Assembly (NCBI GenBank): GCA_016706845.1
Contig: JADJIV010000022.1
Coordinates: forward strand, 412 to 64,411
Direction: 5' to 3'
Length of the DNA: 64,000 nucleotides
Source of the DNA: a bacterium
Lineage (GTDB): Bacteria; Krumholzibacteriota; Krumholzibacteriia; LZORAL124-64-63
Part shown: piece after piece, positions 8,862 to 17,082 of the stretch
Layout: each line of letters begins with the position of its first letter
Numbering within the stretch: position 1 is the first letter of the stretch
Made by a program: the position numbers and the translations under genes
The notes under the pieces: generated by a model
Seen by the model: the letters and a program-made list of their open reading frames with translations, nothing else
Database searches by the model: none
Told to the model about the DNA's origin: nothing

Positions 8862-9460
8862 CCGGCGGTCCCCACCAGCAGGTTCACGGACGCCGGCCCG
8901 TCGTGGCCGGGTCCCTCGAGCTGGACGACCTCCAGCCGCTCGGCCCGCTCCCAGACCACGCCCGGGAATTCCCCGCGCACCTCGTCGAGGTCCTGCAGCA
9001 GCGCGAGGTCCTTCGGTCCGCCGGTGCCGCGGCCCAGCTGCTCCTTGGCGAACGAGACCACGACGACCCGCCCGCCCGGCCGCAGCGCCGCGGCGGTCCG
9101 GGCGTGGAAGCCCGCGCGCCCGGCCGGCTCGGCGTGGAAGAAGCAGAGCACGGCCAGGTCGTAGGGGGCGTCGTCCCAGGCCGTCGTCGCGACGTCGCCC
9201 AGGAGGTAGGTCAGCTTCACGCCGCGCTCGGCGGCCAGGGCCAGGGCCTTGCGGCGGCCCTCGGCCGACGAGTCCACCGCCACGACCTCGTGGCCCAGGG
9301 TCGCGGCGTGGACGGCGTTGCGGCCCTCCCCCTCGGCCAGGAACAGGGCCCGGCCGGGCGGCAGGCCGGCGAGCGCGGCCCGCACCAGCTCGTTGGGCTC
9401 GGTGCCGTAGTAGTAGCGATCGGCGGCGTATTTGTCGTCCCAGCTTTTCATGCCGACCAT
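8852..9460 (-). CDS. Class I SAM-dependent methyltransferase (TehB/TPMT-like)
   Basis: C-terminal 202 aa of ORF 8852..9937: MVGMKSWDDKYAADRYYYGTEPNELV...RALFLAEGEGRNAVHAATLGHEVVAVD (motif I). The start is ATG 9460 or 9451. The upstream part of the ORF is low-complexity. Confidence 0.7.
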   Translation of the reverse strand: MVGMKSWDDKYAADRYYYGTEPNELVRAALAGLPPGRALFLAEGEGRNAVHAATLGHEVVAVDSSAEGRRKALALAAERGVKLTYLLGDVATTAWDDAPYDLAVLCFFHAEPAGRAGFHARTAAALRPGGRVVVVSFAKEQLGRGTGGPKDLALLQDLDEVRGEFPGVVWERAERLEVVQLEGPGHDGPASVNLLVGTAGQR

Positions 9461-9587
9461 GGTAGACTGTCCGGTCTCTCCCGGCCAGCCGCATCCTGTG
9501 AGATTTTCACGTTGAAAGCGGGTTCTCGCCCCGTGTAGATTACCGCACTGCAGACCCAACCGTCGTCCGACCCTGAGGAGAATGAGC

Positions 9588-10649
9588 ATGGCCATCAAGA
9601 GGAAACTGGGCATCATCGGCGCCGGCAACATCGGCGGCATCCTGCTGCTGGAGATCGCCGCCCGCAAACTGGCCCGCACGATCGGCATCGTGGACATCAA
9701 GCCGCCCGCGGTCGCGGCCGGCAAGGCCCTGGACGTGGCCGAGGGCACGCCCATCATCAACGCCGACATCAACTTCGTCGCCTCGCGCGACTTCAGCGCG
9801 CTCGAGGGCTGCGAGTGTGTCATCAACACCGCCGGCGTGCCGCGCGCCATGCGCCCCGACGGCACCTTCCCGTCCCGCGAGGAACTGCTGGCCACGAACC
9901 TGCAGATCGCCGACGCGGTCGCCGAGGGCATCAACACCTACTGCCCCGACGCCTGCCTGGTGAACATCGCCAACCCGCTGGACGCCATCGTCTACCGGCT
10001 GCACCAGAAGCTGAAGAAGCCCAAGCACCGCATCTCGGGCATGGCCGGCGTGCTGGACACCGCGCGCTACCGCCTGTTCATCGCCCAGGAGGCGGGCGTG
10101 TCGGTGGAGAACGTCGAGGCGATGGTCCTGGGCGGCCACGGCGACACGATGGTGCCCATCCGCAGCTGCACCCGCATCGCGGGCATGCCCGTCGAGCAGT
10201 TCATCACCAGCAAGAAGCTCGACCAGATCGAGGACCGCGTGCGCAAGGCCGGCGGCGAGGTCGTCAGCCTGCTGGGCTCCGGCTCGGCCTTCGTCAGCCC
10301 CTGCTGGGCGGCCCTGGAGATGCTGGAAGCCCTGGTCCACGACAAGAAGAAGATCCTGCCGGTGGCCACCCTGCTCGAGGGCGAGTACGGCGTCCACGGC
10401 CTGTTCGTCGGCGTGCCGGCGATCATGGGCCGCGGCGGCGTCGAGAAGATCATCGAGGTCAGGATGACCCCCGCCGAGAAGGAACAGTTCAAGGCCTCGG
10501 TCGAAGCCGTGCGCCAGACCGCGCGGGAAGTCGACCGCATGGGCGCGGAGATGGACAAGGCGAAGAAGGCGGCCGGGAAGACGGCGGCGAAGAAGGCGGT
10601 ATCGAAGAAGGCGCCGGTGAAGAAGCCGGCGGGCGGCAAGAAGAAGTAA
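9588..10649 (+). CDS. mdh: Malate dehydrogenase (LDH-like MDH) with a ~35-aa Lys/Ala-rich C-terminal extension
   Basis: MAIKRKLGIIGAGNIGG (Rossmann), NIANPLD, MVLGGHGDTMVP. The tail is GAEMDKAKKAAGKTAAKKAVSKKAPVKKPAGGKKK. ATG 9588 has better spacing to GAGGAG (9575-9580) than the track start at 9582. Confidence 0.88.
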   Translation: MAIKRKLGIIGAGNIGGILLLEIAARKLARTIGIVDIKPPAVAAGKALDVAEGTPIINADINFVASRDFSALEGCECVINTAGVPRAMRPDGTFPSREELLATNLQIADAVAEGINTYCPDACLVNIANPLDAIVYRLHQKLKKPKHRISGMAGVLDTARYRLFIAQEAGVSVENVEAMVLGGHGDTMVPIRSCTRIAGMPVEQFITSKKLDQIEDRVRKAGGEVVSLLGSGSAFVSPCWAALEMLEALVHDKKKILPVATLLEGEYGVHGLFVGVPAIMGRGGVEKIIEVRMTPAEKEQFKASVEAVRQTAREVDRMGAEMDKAKKAAGKTAAKKAVSKKAPVKKPAGGKKK

Positions 10650-10671
10650 TTACAATACAACGATTTACGAG

Positions 10672-10700
10672 AAGGCCCCTGTCTGCGGACAGGGGCTTTT
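10672..10700 (+). terminator. Rho-independent terminator after mdh
   Basis: GGCCCCTGTC-tgcg-GACAGGGGC stem (10674-10696) followed by TTTT (10697-10700). Confidence 0.7.
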
Positions 10701-11130
10701 CCATCCGCTCAAATTCTGCGGGAAGCTAACCTGCAAGCTTGTGTTGCTCCGGTAACTCATATGTTTCAACTTTGCTTGATACCCTGGCGCCCAAGACCTC
10801 AGGCTCGCAGCTCGGCCAACGGGATTCCGTGGTATTCATTCCGTCCTCGAGAAACCTGCCTCAGGATTTAGCCGGCGCGAGGTCGCGTTGCGTTAGCCCT
10901 CTGAAATCCGCAAGAAATCAACAGCCGTCCCTGGAGGTCGGTGAAGTCCGTCTTCCGGAGAGAAGGGCGCGGGCGGCGGGCGCCTCTCTCAGCCTGAGCG
11001 GGAGGCCTTTGTTCTGTGTCGTTCCGTCAGCCACCCCTCAACTGATTCCTTTCTCGGGGGCGCGTCATTGCTTCTCGCGTGCGCAGGGGTCGGTGATTCA
11101 GACCCCTCCGTACGACAAAAAACCGAGATC

Positions 11131-11159
11131 TGGCATCAATCAGCCGGGCATGCTAGAAT
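11131..11159 (+). promoter_or_regulatory. Putative extended -10 sigma-70 promoter upstream of the M14 peptidase gene
   Basis: TGGCAT-17 nt-TAGAAT, with TG one base upstream of the -10 (tgcTAGAAT). It lies 59 nt before ATG 11218. Confidence 0.35.
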
Positions 11160-11217
11160 CGAGTACCCGCCACACTCATCCTTGGCGCTCGCGACCCTCA
11201 CGAGGCTGGAGGCCCCG

Positions 11218-13836
11218 ATGTCCATTCGCCTGCATCTCCCGAGCCGCGCCCTGATCGCGGCAGCCCTGCTGCTCGTCCTGTGCCTGGCGTCCGCCGCCTC
11301 GGCCGAGAATCCCAAGTACGCGCTGGTGCGCGTCGCGCTGGACGCCCAGGGCGTCGAGACGACCCTGAGCGCCAATCCCGGCCTGGACATCGTGGCCCGC
11401 AAGCCCGGCCACCACGTCGAGATCGTGGCCCTGCCCAAGGACCTGGCCTGGCTCGACCAGGCCGGCGTGCGCTACGAGGTCGTGGAGCCCGACATGGAGG
11501 CCATGTACGCCTCGCGCAACCGGGGCCTGAACTTCGGCCTCTTCCACACCTACTCCGAGACCGTCACCTGGCTCGACCAGTTGCACGCCCTGTACCCCGA
11601 GGTCGTCAGCGCCAAGTGGAGCCTCGGCAACTCGCACCTGGGCAACCCGATCTGGTGCGTCCGCGTCTCGGACAATCCCGATGTCGACGAGGCCGGCGAG
11701 CCCGAGATCCTGTTCGACGCCATGCACCACGCCCGCGAGATCATGGCCTCGGAGACCGCCACGATGCTCGTCGAGTACTTCGGTTCGAACTACGGCGTCG
11801 ACCCCGAGATCACCTGGCTGCTGGACAACCGCGAGATCTACATCGTGCCGATCGTGAACCCGGACGGCGTCCTCTACAACGAGTCGACCAACCCGACCGG
11901 CGGCGGCATGTGGCGCAAGAACCGCCGCAACAACGGCGACGGCTCGTACGGCGTCGATCCCAACCGCAACTACCCCTACCAGTGGGTCGGCGGCGGCAGC
12001 AGCACCTACCCGAGCGACGACACCTACCGCGGGCCCTCGGCCGGCAGCGAGCCCGAGGTCCAGGCGATGATGAACCTCGTCAACTCGCACCACTTCATCA
12101 CCTCGCAGAGCTTCCATTCCTATGCCGGCCTGACGCTGTATCCCTGGGGATACACCGCGGCCAACTCGCCCGACGAGGCGGTCTTCCAGCACATGAGCGC
12201 GATCATGTGCCAGTACAACGGCTACGAACCCGGCCAGGCCCCCGACCTGCTCTACGAGGTCAACGGCGGCTCCTTCGACTGGGTCTACGGCGCCACCGCG
12301 GAACACCCCGAGTGCCTCGCCTTCTCGAACGAGATCGGCGGCAGCGGCGACGGGTTCTGGCCCGACGAGTCGCGCATCGACGCGCTCTTCCAGGAAAACC
12401 TCTGGCCCTCGCTCTACCAGGTCAAGGCGGCCGGGCTCTACGTCCAGGCCCGCACCCCGACGGTCGTCGGCGGCGACGGCGACGCCATCCTGGATCCCGG
12501 CGAGACGGCCGGCCTCGCCTTCACGCTGGAGAACTTCGGGGCCATCACCGGCGCCTCGTCGGTGTCGGTGACCCTGTCCTGCGACGACCCCTACCTCCAG
12601 CTGCACGAGGCCCAGCGCACCGTGGGCGCGATCGCCGCCCGCTCGTCGCTGTCCCTGGCGGCGGTTCCCTTCTCCGTGACCCTGGACGCCGCGGTCCCGC
12701 CGGCCTACAGCGTGCCCGTGCACGTGACCGTCGTCGCCGACGGCCAGACCAGCGAGTTCACGCTGAACTTCCCCGCGGGCCTGCCCGTCTCGGTCTACAG
12801 CAACACCTTCGAGAGCGGCTTCGCCGGCTGGACGACCACGGGCACCTGGGCCCTGGTCACCAGCTCCAGCCACTCGGCCACCCACTCGCTGCATGACTCG
12901 CCCGCGGGCAACTACGTCGACAACAGCGCCACCTACGCCTCGCTGAACACGCCCATCGCGATGCCCGCCGGCGCCAAGCTGACGTTCTGGCACAAGTACA
13001 CGCTCGAGTCGGGCTACGACTACGCCTACGTGCAGGTCTCCACCAACAACTCCACCTGGACGACGGTGGCGACGTACAACGGGACGATCTCGGCCTGGAG
13101 CCAGGCCCAGGTCGACCTGGGAGCGTACGCGGGCCAGTCCCTCTACCTGCGTTTCCGGCTGGAGACCGACGTCTCGGTCGTCTACGACGGCTGGTACATC
13201 GACGACCTGGTCGTGACCGGCCTGGGCTCGCAGAACCAGACCCCGGCCGCGCCGGCGCTCGTCTCGCCGTACGACGGCGGCTCCCTGGGGCCGGTCACCG
13301 AGCTCGTCGCCGCCACGTCGACCGATCCCGACGGCCCCGGCCCGGTCACCTACGGCTTCCGCGTCTACCGCGACGCCCTGGGCACCGACCTGGCCGCACG
13401 CGCCGACGACCTGGCCTCGCCGTCCTTCTTCCCCGGCCTCACCGTGGACGGCACCTACTGGTGGCGCGCCTACGCCGCCGATGCCACGGCCCGTGGATCG
13501 CTCGGGGCGACCTGGAGCTTCCTCTACGAGTCGTACCTCGTCGGCGCCGGCGACGCGCTGCGCAGCCTCGGGCTGTCGGTGCTCGGCGGGGTGACCGGCG
13601 ACCGGGCCGGCATCCGGCTGGACCTGCCGCGGGCCGGTGCGCTGTCCGTGGACGTCTACAACACCCGCGGCCAGGTCGTGCGCCGGTTGCATGCCGGCGA
13701 CAGCGCGGCCGGCACCGTCCTGCTGACCTGGGACGGCCGCGACGAGGGCGGCCGCACGTCGCCCTCGGGCGTGTACTTCGTCCGGGCCCGCGCCGGCGGC
13801 GAGACGCAGGTCGGCCGCATCGTGATGGTGCGTTAA
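11218..13836 (+). CDS. Secreted M14 zinc carboxypeptidase with additional beta-sandwich domains and a T9SS/FlgD-type C-terminal sorting domain
   Basis: ATG 11218 within ORF 11068..13836 (MSIRLHLPSRALIAAALLLVLCLASAASA). M14 motifs are FDAMHHAREIMASE (HxxE), VNPDG, WRKNRRNN, VDPNRNY and FHSYAGLTLYPWGY. The C-terminus, ...VDVYNTRGQVVRRLHAG...LLTWDGRDEGGRTSPSGVYFVRARAGGETQVGRIVMVR, is typical of T9SS CTDs. Confidence 0.85.
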   Translation: MSIRLHLPSRALIAAALLLVLCLASAASAENPKYALVRVALDAQGVETTLSANPGLDIVARKPGHHVEIVALPKDLAWLDQAGVRYEVVEPDMEAMYASRNRGLNFGLFHTYSETVTWLDQLHALYPEVVSAKWSLGNSHLGNPIWCVRVSDNPDVDEAGEPEILFDAMHHAREIMASETATMLVEYFGSNYGVDPEITWLLDNREIYIVPIVNPDGVLYNESTNPTGGGMWRKNRRNNGDGSYGVDPNRNYPYQWVGGGSSTYPSDDTYRGPSAGSEPEVQAMMNLVNSHHFITSQSFHSYAGLTLYPWGYTAANSPDEAVFQHMSAIMCQYNGYEPGQAPDLLYEVNGGSFDWVYGATAEHPECLAFSNEIGGSGDGFWPDESRIDALFQENLWPSLYQVKAAGLYVQARTPTVVGGDGDAILDPGETAGLAFTLENFGAITGASSVSVTLSCDDPYLQLHEAQRTVGAIAARSSLSLAAVPFSVTLDAAVPPAYSVPVHVTVVADGQTSEFTLNFPAGLPVSVYSNTFESGFAGWTTTGTWALVTSSSHSATHSLHDSPAGNYVDNSATYASLNTPIAMPAGAKLTFWHKYTLESGYDYAYVQVSTNNSTWTTVATYNGTISAWSQAQVDLGAYAGQSLYLRFRLETDVSVVYDGWYIDDLVVTGLGSQNQTPAAPALVSPYDGGSLGPVTELVAATSTDPDGPGPVTYGFRVYRDALGTDLAARADDLASPSFFPGLTVDGTYWWRAYAADATARGSLGATWSFLYESYLVGAGDALRSLGLSVLGGVTGDRAGIRLDLPRAGALSVDVYNTRGQVVRRLHAGDSAAGTVLLTWDGRDEGGRTSPSGVYFVRARAGGETQVGRIVMVR

Positions 13837-13862
13837 CCTGCCTCCACATCCACTCACGAGAA

Positions 13863-13896
13863 AGGGGCGGCCCATCCGGGCCGCCCCTCTTCTTTG
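13863..13896. terminator. Bidirectional GC-rich hairpin terminator between convergent genes
   Basis: 11-bp stem AGGGGCGGCCC-atcc-GGGCCGCCCCT (13863-13888), followed by CTTCTTTGC on the plus strand and TTTCTC on the minus strand. Confidence 0.7.
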
Positions 13897-13910
13897 CTGA
13901 TTGCCGACGC

Positions 13911-14501
13911 CTACTTATTGGCGATGGCTTCGATCTCCAGCATCAGCTCGACCTCGTTGCTCACCGCGACCCCGCCCTTGTCCAGCACGGTGTTGTAGGT
14001 GATCCCGAAGTCGCGGCGATCCAGGACACCCTTGGCCGAGAAGCCGACGCGGTCGTTGCCCCAGGGATCGGTGATGGCGCCGTTGAACTCCAGCTCCAGC
14101 TCGACCGGCTTGGTCACGCCGTGCATGGTCAGGTCGCCGGTCAGCACCCAGCCGCCGCCCTTCTGGCTCACGCCCTTGGAGGCGAAGGTGATCTCGGGGT
14201 ACTTCTCGGCGTCGAAGAAGTCGGCGTTGCGCAGGTGGCCGTCGCGCTTGGCGTCGTTGGTGTTGACCGAGGCGGTCTTGATCGTCGCGGCGGCGGACCA
14301 CTGGTCGGGCTGGCCCTCGACGTAGTCGAAGGTGCCGGAGAACTCCCCGAACGACCCGGTCACCTTGCTGACCATCATGTGGCGCACCTTGAAACCCACC
14401 GACGAGTGCGTCGCATCGATGGTGTAGGTGGCGGCGGTGGCGGCGGCGGCCGTCAGGAGGCTCGCGGCCAGCAGGGCCGTCATCATCTTGCGGAACGTCA
14501 T
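13911..14501 (-). CDS. YceI family periplasmic polyisoprenoid-binding-like protein
   Basis: C-terminal 196 aa of ORF 13911..14993: MTFRKMMTALLAASLLTAAAATAATYTIDATHSSVGFKVRHMMVSKVTGSFGEFSG...NDAKRDGHLRNADFFDAEKYPEITF...LTMHGVTKPV. GGAGAG SD upstream. Confidence 0.88.
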   Translation of the reverse strand: MTFRKMMTALLAASLLTAAAATAATYTIDATHSSVGFKVRHMMVSKVTGSFGEFSGTFDYVEGQPDQWSAAATIKTASVNTNDAKRDGHLRNADFFDAEKYPEITFASKGVSQKGGGWVLTGDLTMHGVTKPVELELEFNGAITDPWGNDRVGFSAKGVLDRRDFGITYNTVLDKGGVAVSNEVELMLEIEAIANK

Positions 14502-14752
14502 CGTGACTCTCCTTGCGTGTAGAGTTTGTGGCTGCCGTCGCAATGCGGCTCCTCGCGGGAGCGCTTGCACTGGCAGAGGGCGGCCCGGGTGGTCTCGGCG
14601 ATCTCGAACTTCAGCGGCGCGAAAGCCGTGCCGGTGTGCGAGCCGTCGCAGAAGGGCTGGCTCCGCGATTCGCCGCAGGCGCAGTAGTAGTAGGTGCCGG
14701 GCTGCAGTTCGAGCACCTTGGGACGGGTTTCGGCGATCCTGGGCTTGTCCAC
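14498..14752 (-). CDS. CDGSH iron-sulfur domain protein (two CDGSH motifs)
   Basis: CACGESRSQPFCDGSH and CQCKRSREEPHCDGSH. The likely start is GTG 14752, preceded by GGAGGG. The track ORF extends to TTG 14779. The stop overlaps the yceI ATG (ATGA at 14498-14501). Confidence 0.85.
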   Translation of the reverse strand: MDKPRIAETRPKVLELQPGTYYYCACGESRSQPFCDGSHTGTAFAPLKFEIAETTRAALCQCKRSREEPHCDGSHKLYTQGESR

Positions 14753-15039
14753 GCGTTCCCTCCATATTATTTGTTGCAACAGACATCACAGGGATAAGCA
14801 GGATTTCCGCGCACGGCAACCCCTTCCGGAACGCCGGCCGTGAACCGTTCACGCCACGCCGGTCGCCGGCACCTGTTTTTCTTTGGACGACTTGGGCCCG
14901 GAGCCTAGATTTGGACTGCGGCGGCGGCGCAACCGCTCCCGCGACGCGCTCCCGAGCCATCCCGGCCCGGGAGGCCGGTGCCGGGCCCCGCACCGAACCA
15001 AGCGCGGATCAGAGACGTTTCTCATCGAGGAGCGAGGAC

Positions 15040-16326
15040 ATGGCCGACAAGTCGTTCAATGCTTTCGCGATGGCCCAGCAGCAGTTCGACCGCGTGGCCG
15101 AAATGCTGGGTCTCGACCAGGCGACGCGGGATCTGCTGCGCAACCCCGACCGCGAATTCCAGTTCAGCGTCCCGGTCCGCATGGACGACGGGAGCATGAA
15201 GATCTTCCGCGGCTTCCGCGTGCAGCACAACGACGCCCGCGGCCCCTGCAAGGGCGGCATCCGCTTCCACCCCCAGGAGACCGTCGACACGGTGCGCGCC
15301 CTGGCCACCTGGATGACCTGGAAGTGCGCCGTGGTCAACATCCCGCTGGGCGGCGGCAAGGGCGGCGTCATCTGCGATCCGCACCACCTGTCCCAGCGCG
15401 AGCAGGAAGCGCTGTGCCGCGGCTGGGTGCAGCAGGTCGCCAGCAACATCGGCCCGGTCCAGGACGTGCCCGCTCCCGACGTGATGACCAACGGCCAGCA
15501 CATGCTGTGGATGATGGACGAGTACGAGAAGATCCACCGCGGCCACTTCCCCGGCATGATCACCGGCAAGCCCCTGGGCATGGGCGGCAGCGAGGGCCGC
15601 ACCGAGGCGACCGGCTACGGCGTCGTCTACACGCTGCGCGAGGCGCTGAAGCGCAAGGGCGTCGACATCGCCAAGACCACGGCCTCCTTCCAGGGCTTCG
15701 GCAACGTCTCCCAGTACGGCGTCGAGCTGTACACGAAGCTGGGCGGCCGCGCGATCTGCGTCTCGAGCTGGGACCAGGCCGACCAGACCAGCTACACCTT
15801 CAAGAAGACGTCCGGGATCAACCTGCACGAGCTGCAGGGCATGGCGGACCGCTTCGGCGGCATCGACAAGGCCAAGGCCAAGGCCGCCGGCTACGAGGTG
15901 CTGCCGGGCGACGCCTGGATCGAGCAGGACGTGGACATCCTGCTGCCCTGCGCCCTGGAGAACCAGGTCAACGCCACGACGGTCAAGAAGATCGGCAAGC
16001 GCGTGAAGTTCATGGCCGAGGGCGCCAACGGCCCGACCACGCCCGAGGCGGACGAGATCCTGTTCGCCAACGGCGTCTACACGATCCCCGACTTCCTGTG
16101 CAACGCCGGCGGCGTGACCTGCTCGTACTTCGAACAGGTCCAGTGCAACATGAACTACTTCTGGCCCAAGGACGAGGTCCTGGAGCGTCTCGACGCCATC
16201 ATGACCAAGGCCTTCCACGGCGTGGCCGACCTGGCCGAGACGCAGAACGTGCCCATGCGCGACGCGGCGTACATGATCGCCATCCAGCGCGTGGCCGAGG
16301 CCTGCCGCCTGCGCGGCCGGGTCTAG
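15040..16326 (+). CDS. gdhA: Glutamate dehydrogenase (Glu/Leu/Phe/Val dehydrogenase family)
   Basis: ATG 15040 within ORF 14428..16326. MADKSFNAFAMAQQQFDRVAEML...CKGGIRFHP...IPLGGGKGGV...GFGNVSQYG...PDFLCNAGGV. Confidence 0.92.
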   Translation: MADKSFNAFAMAQQQFDRVAEMLGLDQATRDLLRNPDREFQFSVPVRMDDGSMKIFRGFRVQHNDARGPCKGGIRFHPQETVDTVRALATWMTWKCAVVNIPLGGGKGGVICDPHHLSQREQEALCRGWVQQVASNIGPVQDVPAPDVMTNGQHMLWMMDEYEKIHRGHFPGMITGKPLGMGGSEGRTEATGYGVVYTLREALKRKGVDIAKTTASFQGFGNVSQYGVELYTKLGGRAICVSSWDQADQTSYTFKKTSGINLHELQGMADRFGGIDKAKAKAAGYEVLPGDAWIEQDVDILLPCALENQVNATTVKKIGKRVKFMAEGANGPTTPEADEILFANGVYTIPDFLCNAGGVTCSYFEQVQCNMNYFWPKDEVLERLDAIMTKAFHGVADLAETQNVPMRDAAYMIAIQRVAEACRLRGRV

Positions 16327-16341
16327 TCCGCGATCCCGACG

Positions 16342-16380
16342 ACGAAGCGGCGGCGGCCCCGGAAGGGGCCGCCGCTTCGT
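16342..16380 (+). terminator. GC-rich hairpin after gdhA (weak U-tract)
   Basis: ACGAAGCGGCGGCGGCCCC-ggaa-GGGGCCGCCGCTTCGT: an 11-bp stem plus 5 bp after a 3-nt bulge. Only one or two T follow. Confidence 0.45.
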
Positions 16381-16438
16381 TATCCGGGCTTGACGAGCCC
16401 ACCCTCCGGCCGCTTTCTCATGAAAAGCCCCTCCCCGT

Positions 16439-16465
16439 GTAAACGGATCGCCCGCCACGGACGTC
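16439..16465 (+). promoter_or_regulatory. Possible ECF-type autoregulated promoter (AAC-17 nt-CGTC)
   Basis: gtAAAC-ggatcgcccgccacgga-CGTCc, about 20 nt upstream of GTG 16483. It only loosely resembles the GAAC-N16/17-CGT(C) pattern of many ECF promoters. Confidence 0.25.
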
Positions 16466-16482
16466 CTGGTGGGTGAACGGAG

Positions 16483-17082
16483 GTGGACACCATGAACGCG
16501 GAACCCTCAGGACGACACGCCTTGACCGTCGAGCGCGACACGGCACGGGACCACGAGAAGACCTGGCGGACCCTCTACGAGGAGACCTGCCGGCCGCTCT
16601 TCAACTTCCTGTGCTACCAGACCGGTGATCGCGACACCGCGCTGGACCTGCTGCAGGAGACCTACGTCACGGCCATGCACGGTATGCCGACGTACCGGGG
16701 CGAGGCTCCGGTGCTCGGCTGGCTGCGCGCCATCGCCCTGCGCAAGACCCTGGACTGGCGGCGCGGGCTGCGCCGCCGGCTCGGGCACCTGCGCGCGTTC
16801 GCCCTCGACACCGCCTCCGACATGAAGGTCACGCCCCCCGAACCCGTGGACACCGTCGTGGATCCCGCCTTCCGGGCGGCCCTGATGCGGCTGTCCGCGC
16901 AGCAGCGGGCGGCCCTGCTGCTGCGCGAACTCGAGGAACTCCCGTTCCGCGAGGTCGCCGCGTGCCTCGGCTGCGCCGAGGCCACCGCGCGGGTCCACCA
17001 CCACCGGGCGTGCCAGAGCATGCGGGCATCGCTCCAGGCCGCGAACAGCGACCTGGACGTCATCCGGGGAGGCCGGTCATGA
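16483..17082 (+). CDS. ECF-type RNA polymerase sigma factor (sigma-70 family, regions 2 and 4)
   Basis: 199-aa ORF. Region 2: LFNFLCYQTGDRDTALDLLQETYV...WLRAIALRKTLDWRR. Region 4: LSAQQRAALLLRELEELPFREVAACLGCAEATARVHHHRA. Alternative ATG at 16492. Confidence 0.85.
   Translation: MDTMNAEPSGRHALTVERDTARDHEKTWRTLYEETCRPLFNFLCYQTGDRDTALDLLQETYVTAMHGMPTYRGEAPVLGWLRAIALRKTLDWRRGLRRRLGHLRAFALDTASDMKVTPPEPVDTVVDPAFRAALMRLSAQQRAALLLRELEELPFREVAACLGCAEATARVHHHRACQSMRASLQAANSDLDVIRGGRS

Noticed and set aside
10900-11000. Possible RNase P or SRP RNA-like motif (gaagtccg...ccggagagaagg) in the long intergenic region
   Set aside because: It bears only a superficial resemblance to GGAAAGTCCGG or GTCCGGAAGGAAGC. 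The surrounding sequence does not fit the conserved cores I remember. No tRNA-like or tmRNA-like features were seen.
14865-14885. Sigma-54 promoter upstream of gdhA (cGGCACctgtttttct)
   Set aside because: A GG element is present, but the -12 element reads TTTC/TTCT instead of TTGC at the required spacing. The match is too weak to report.
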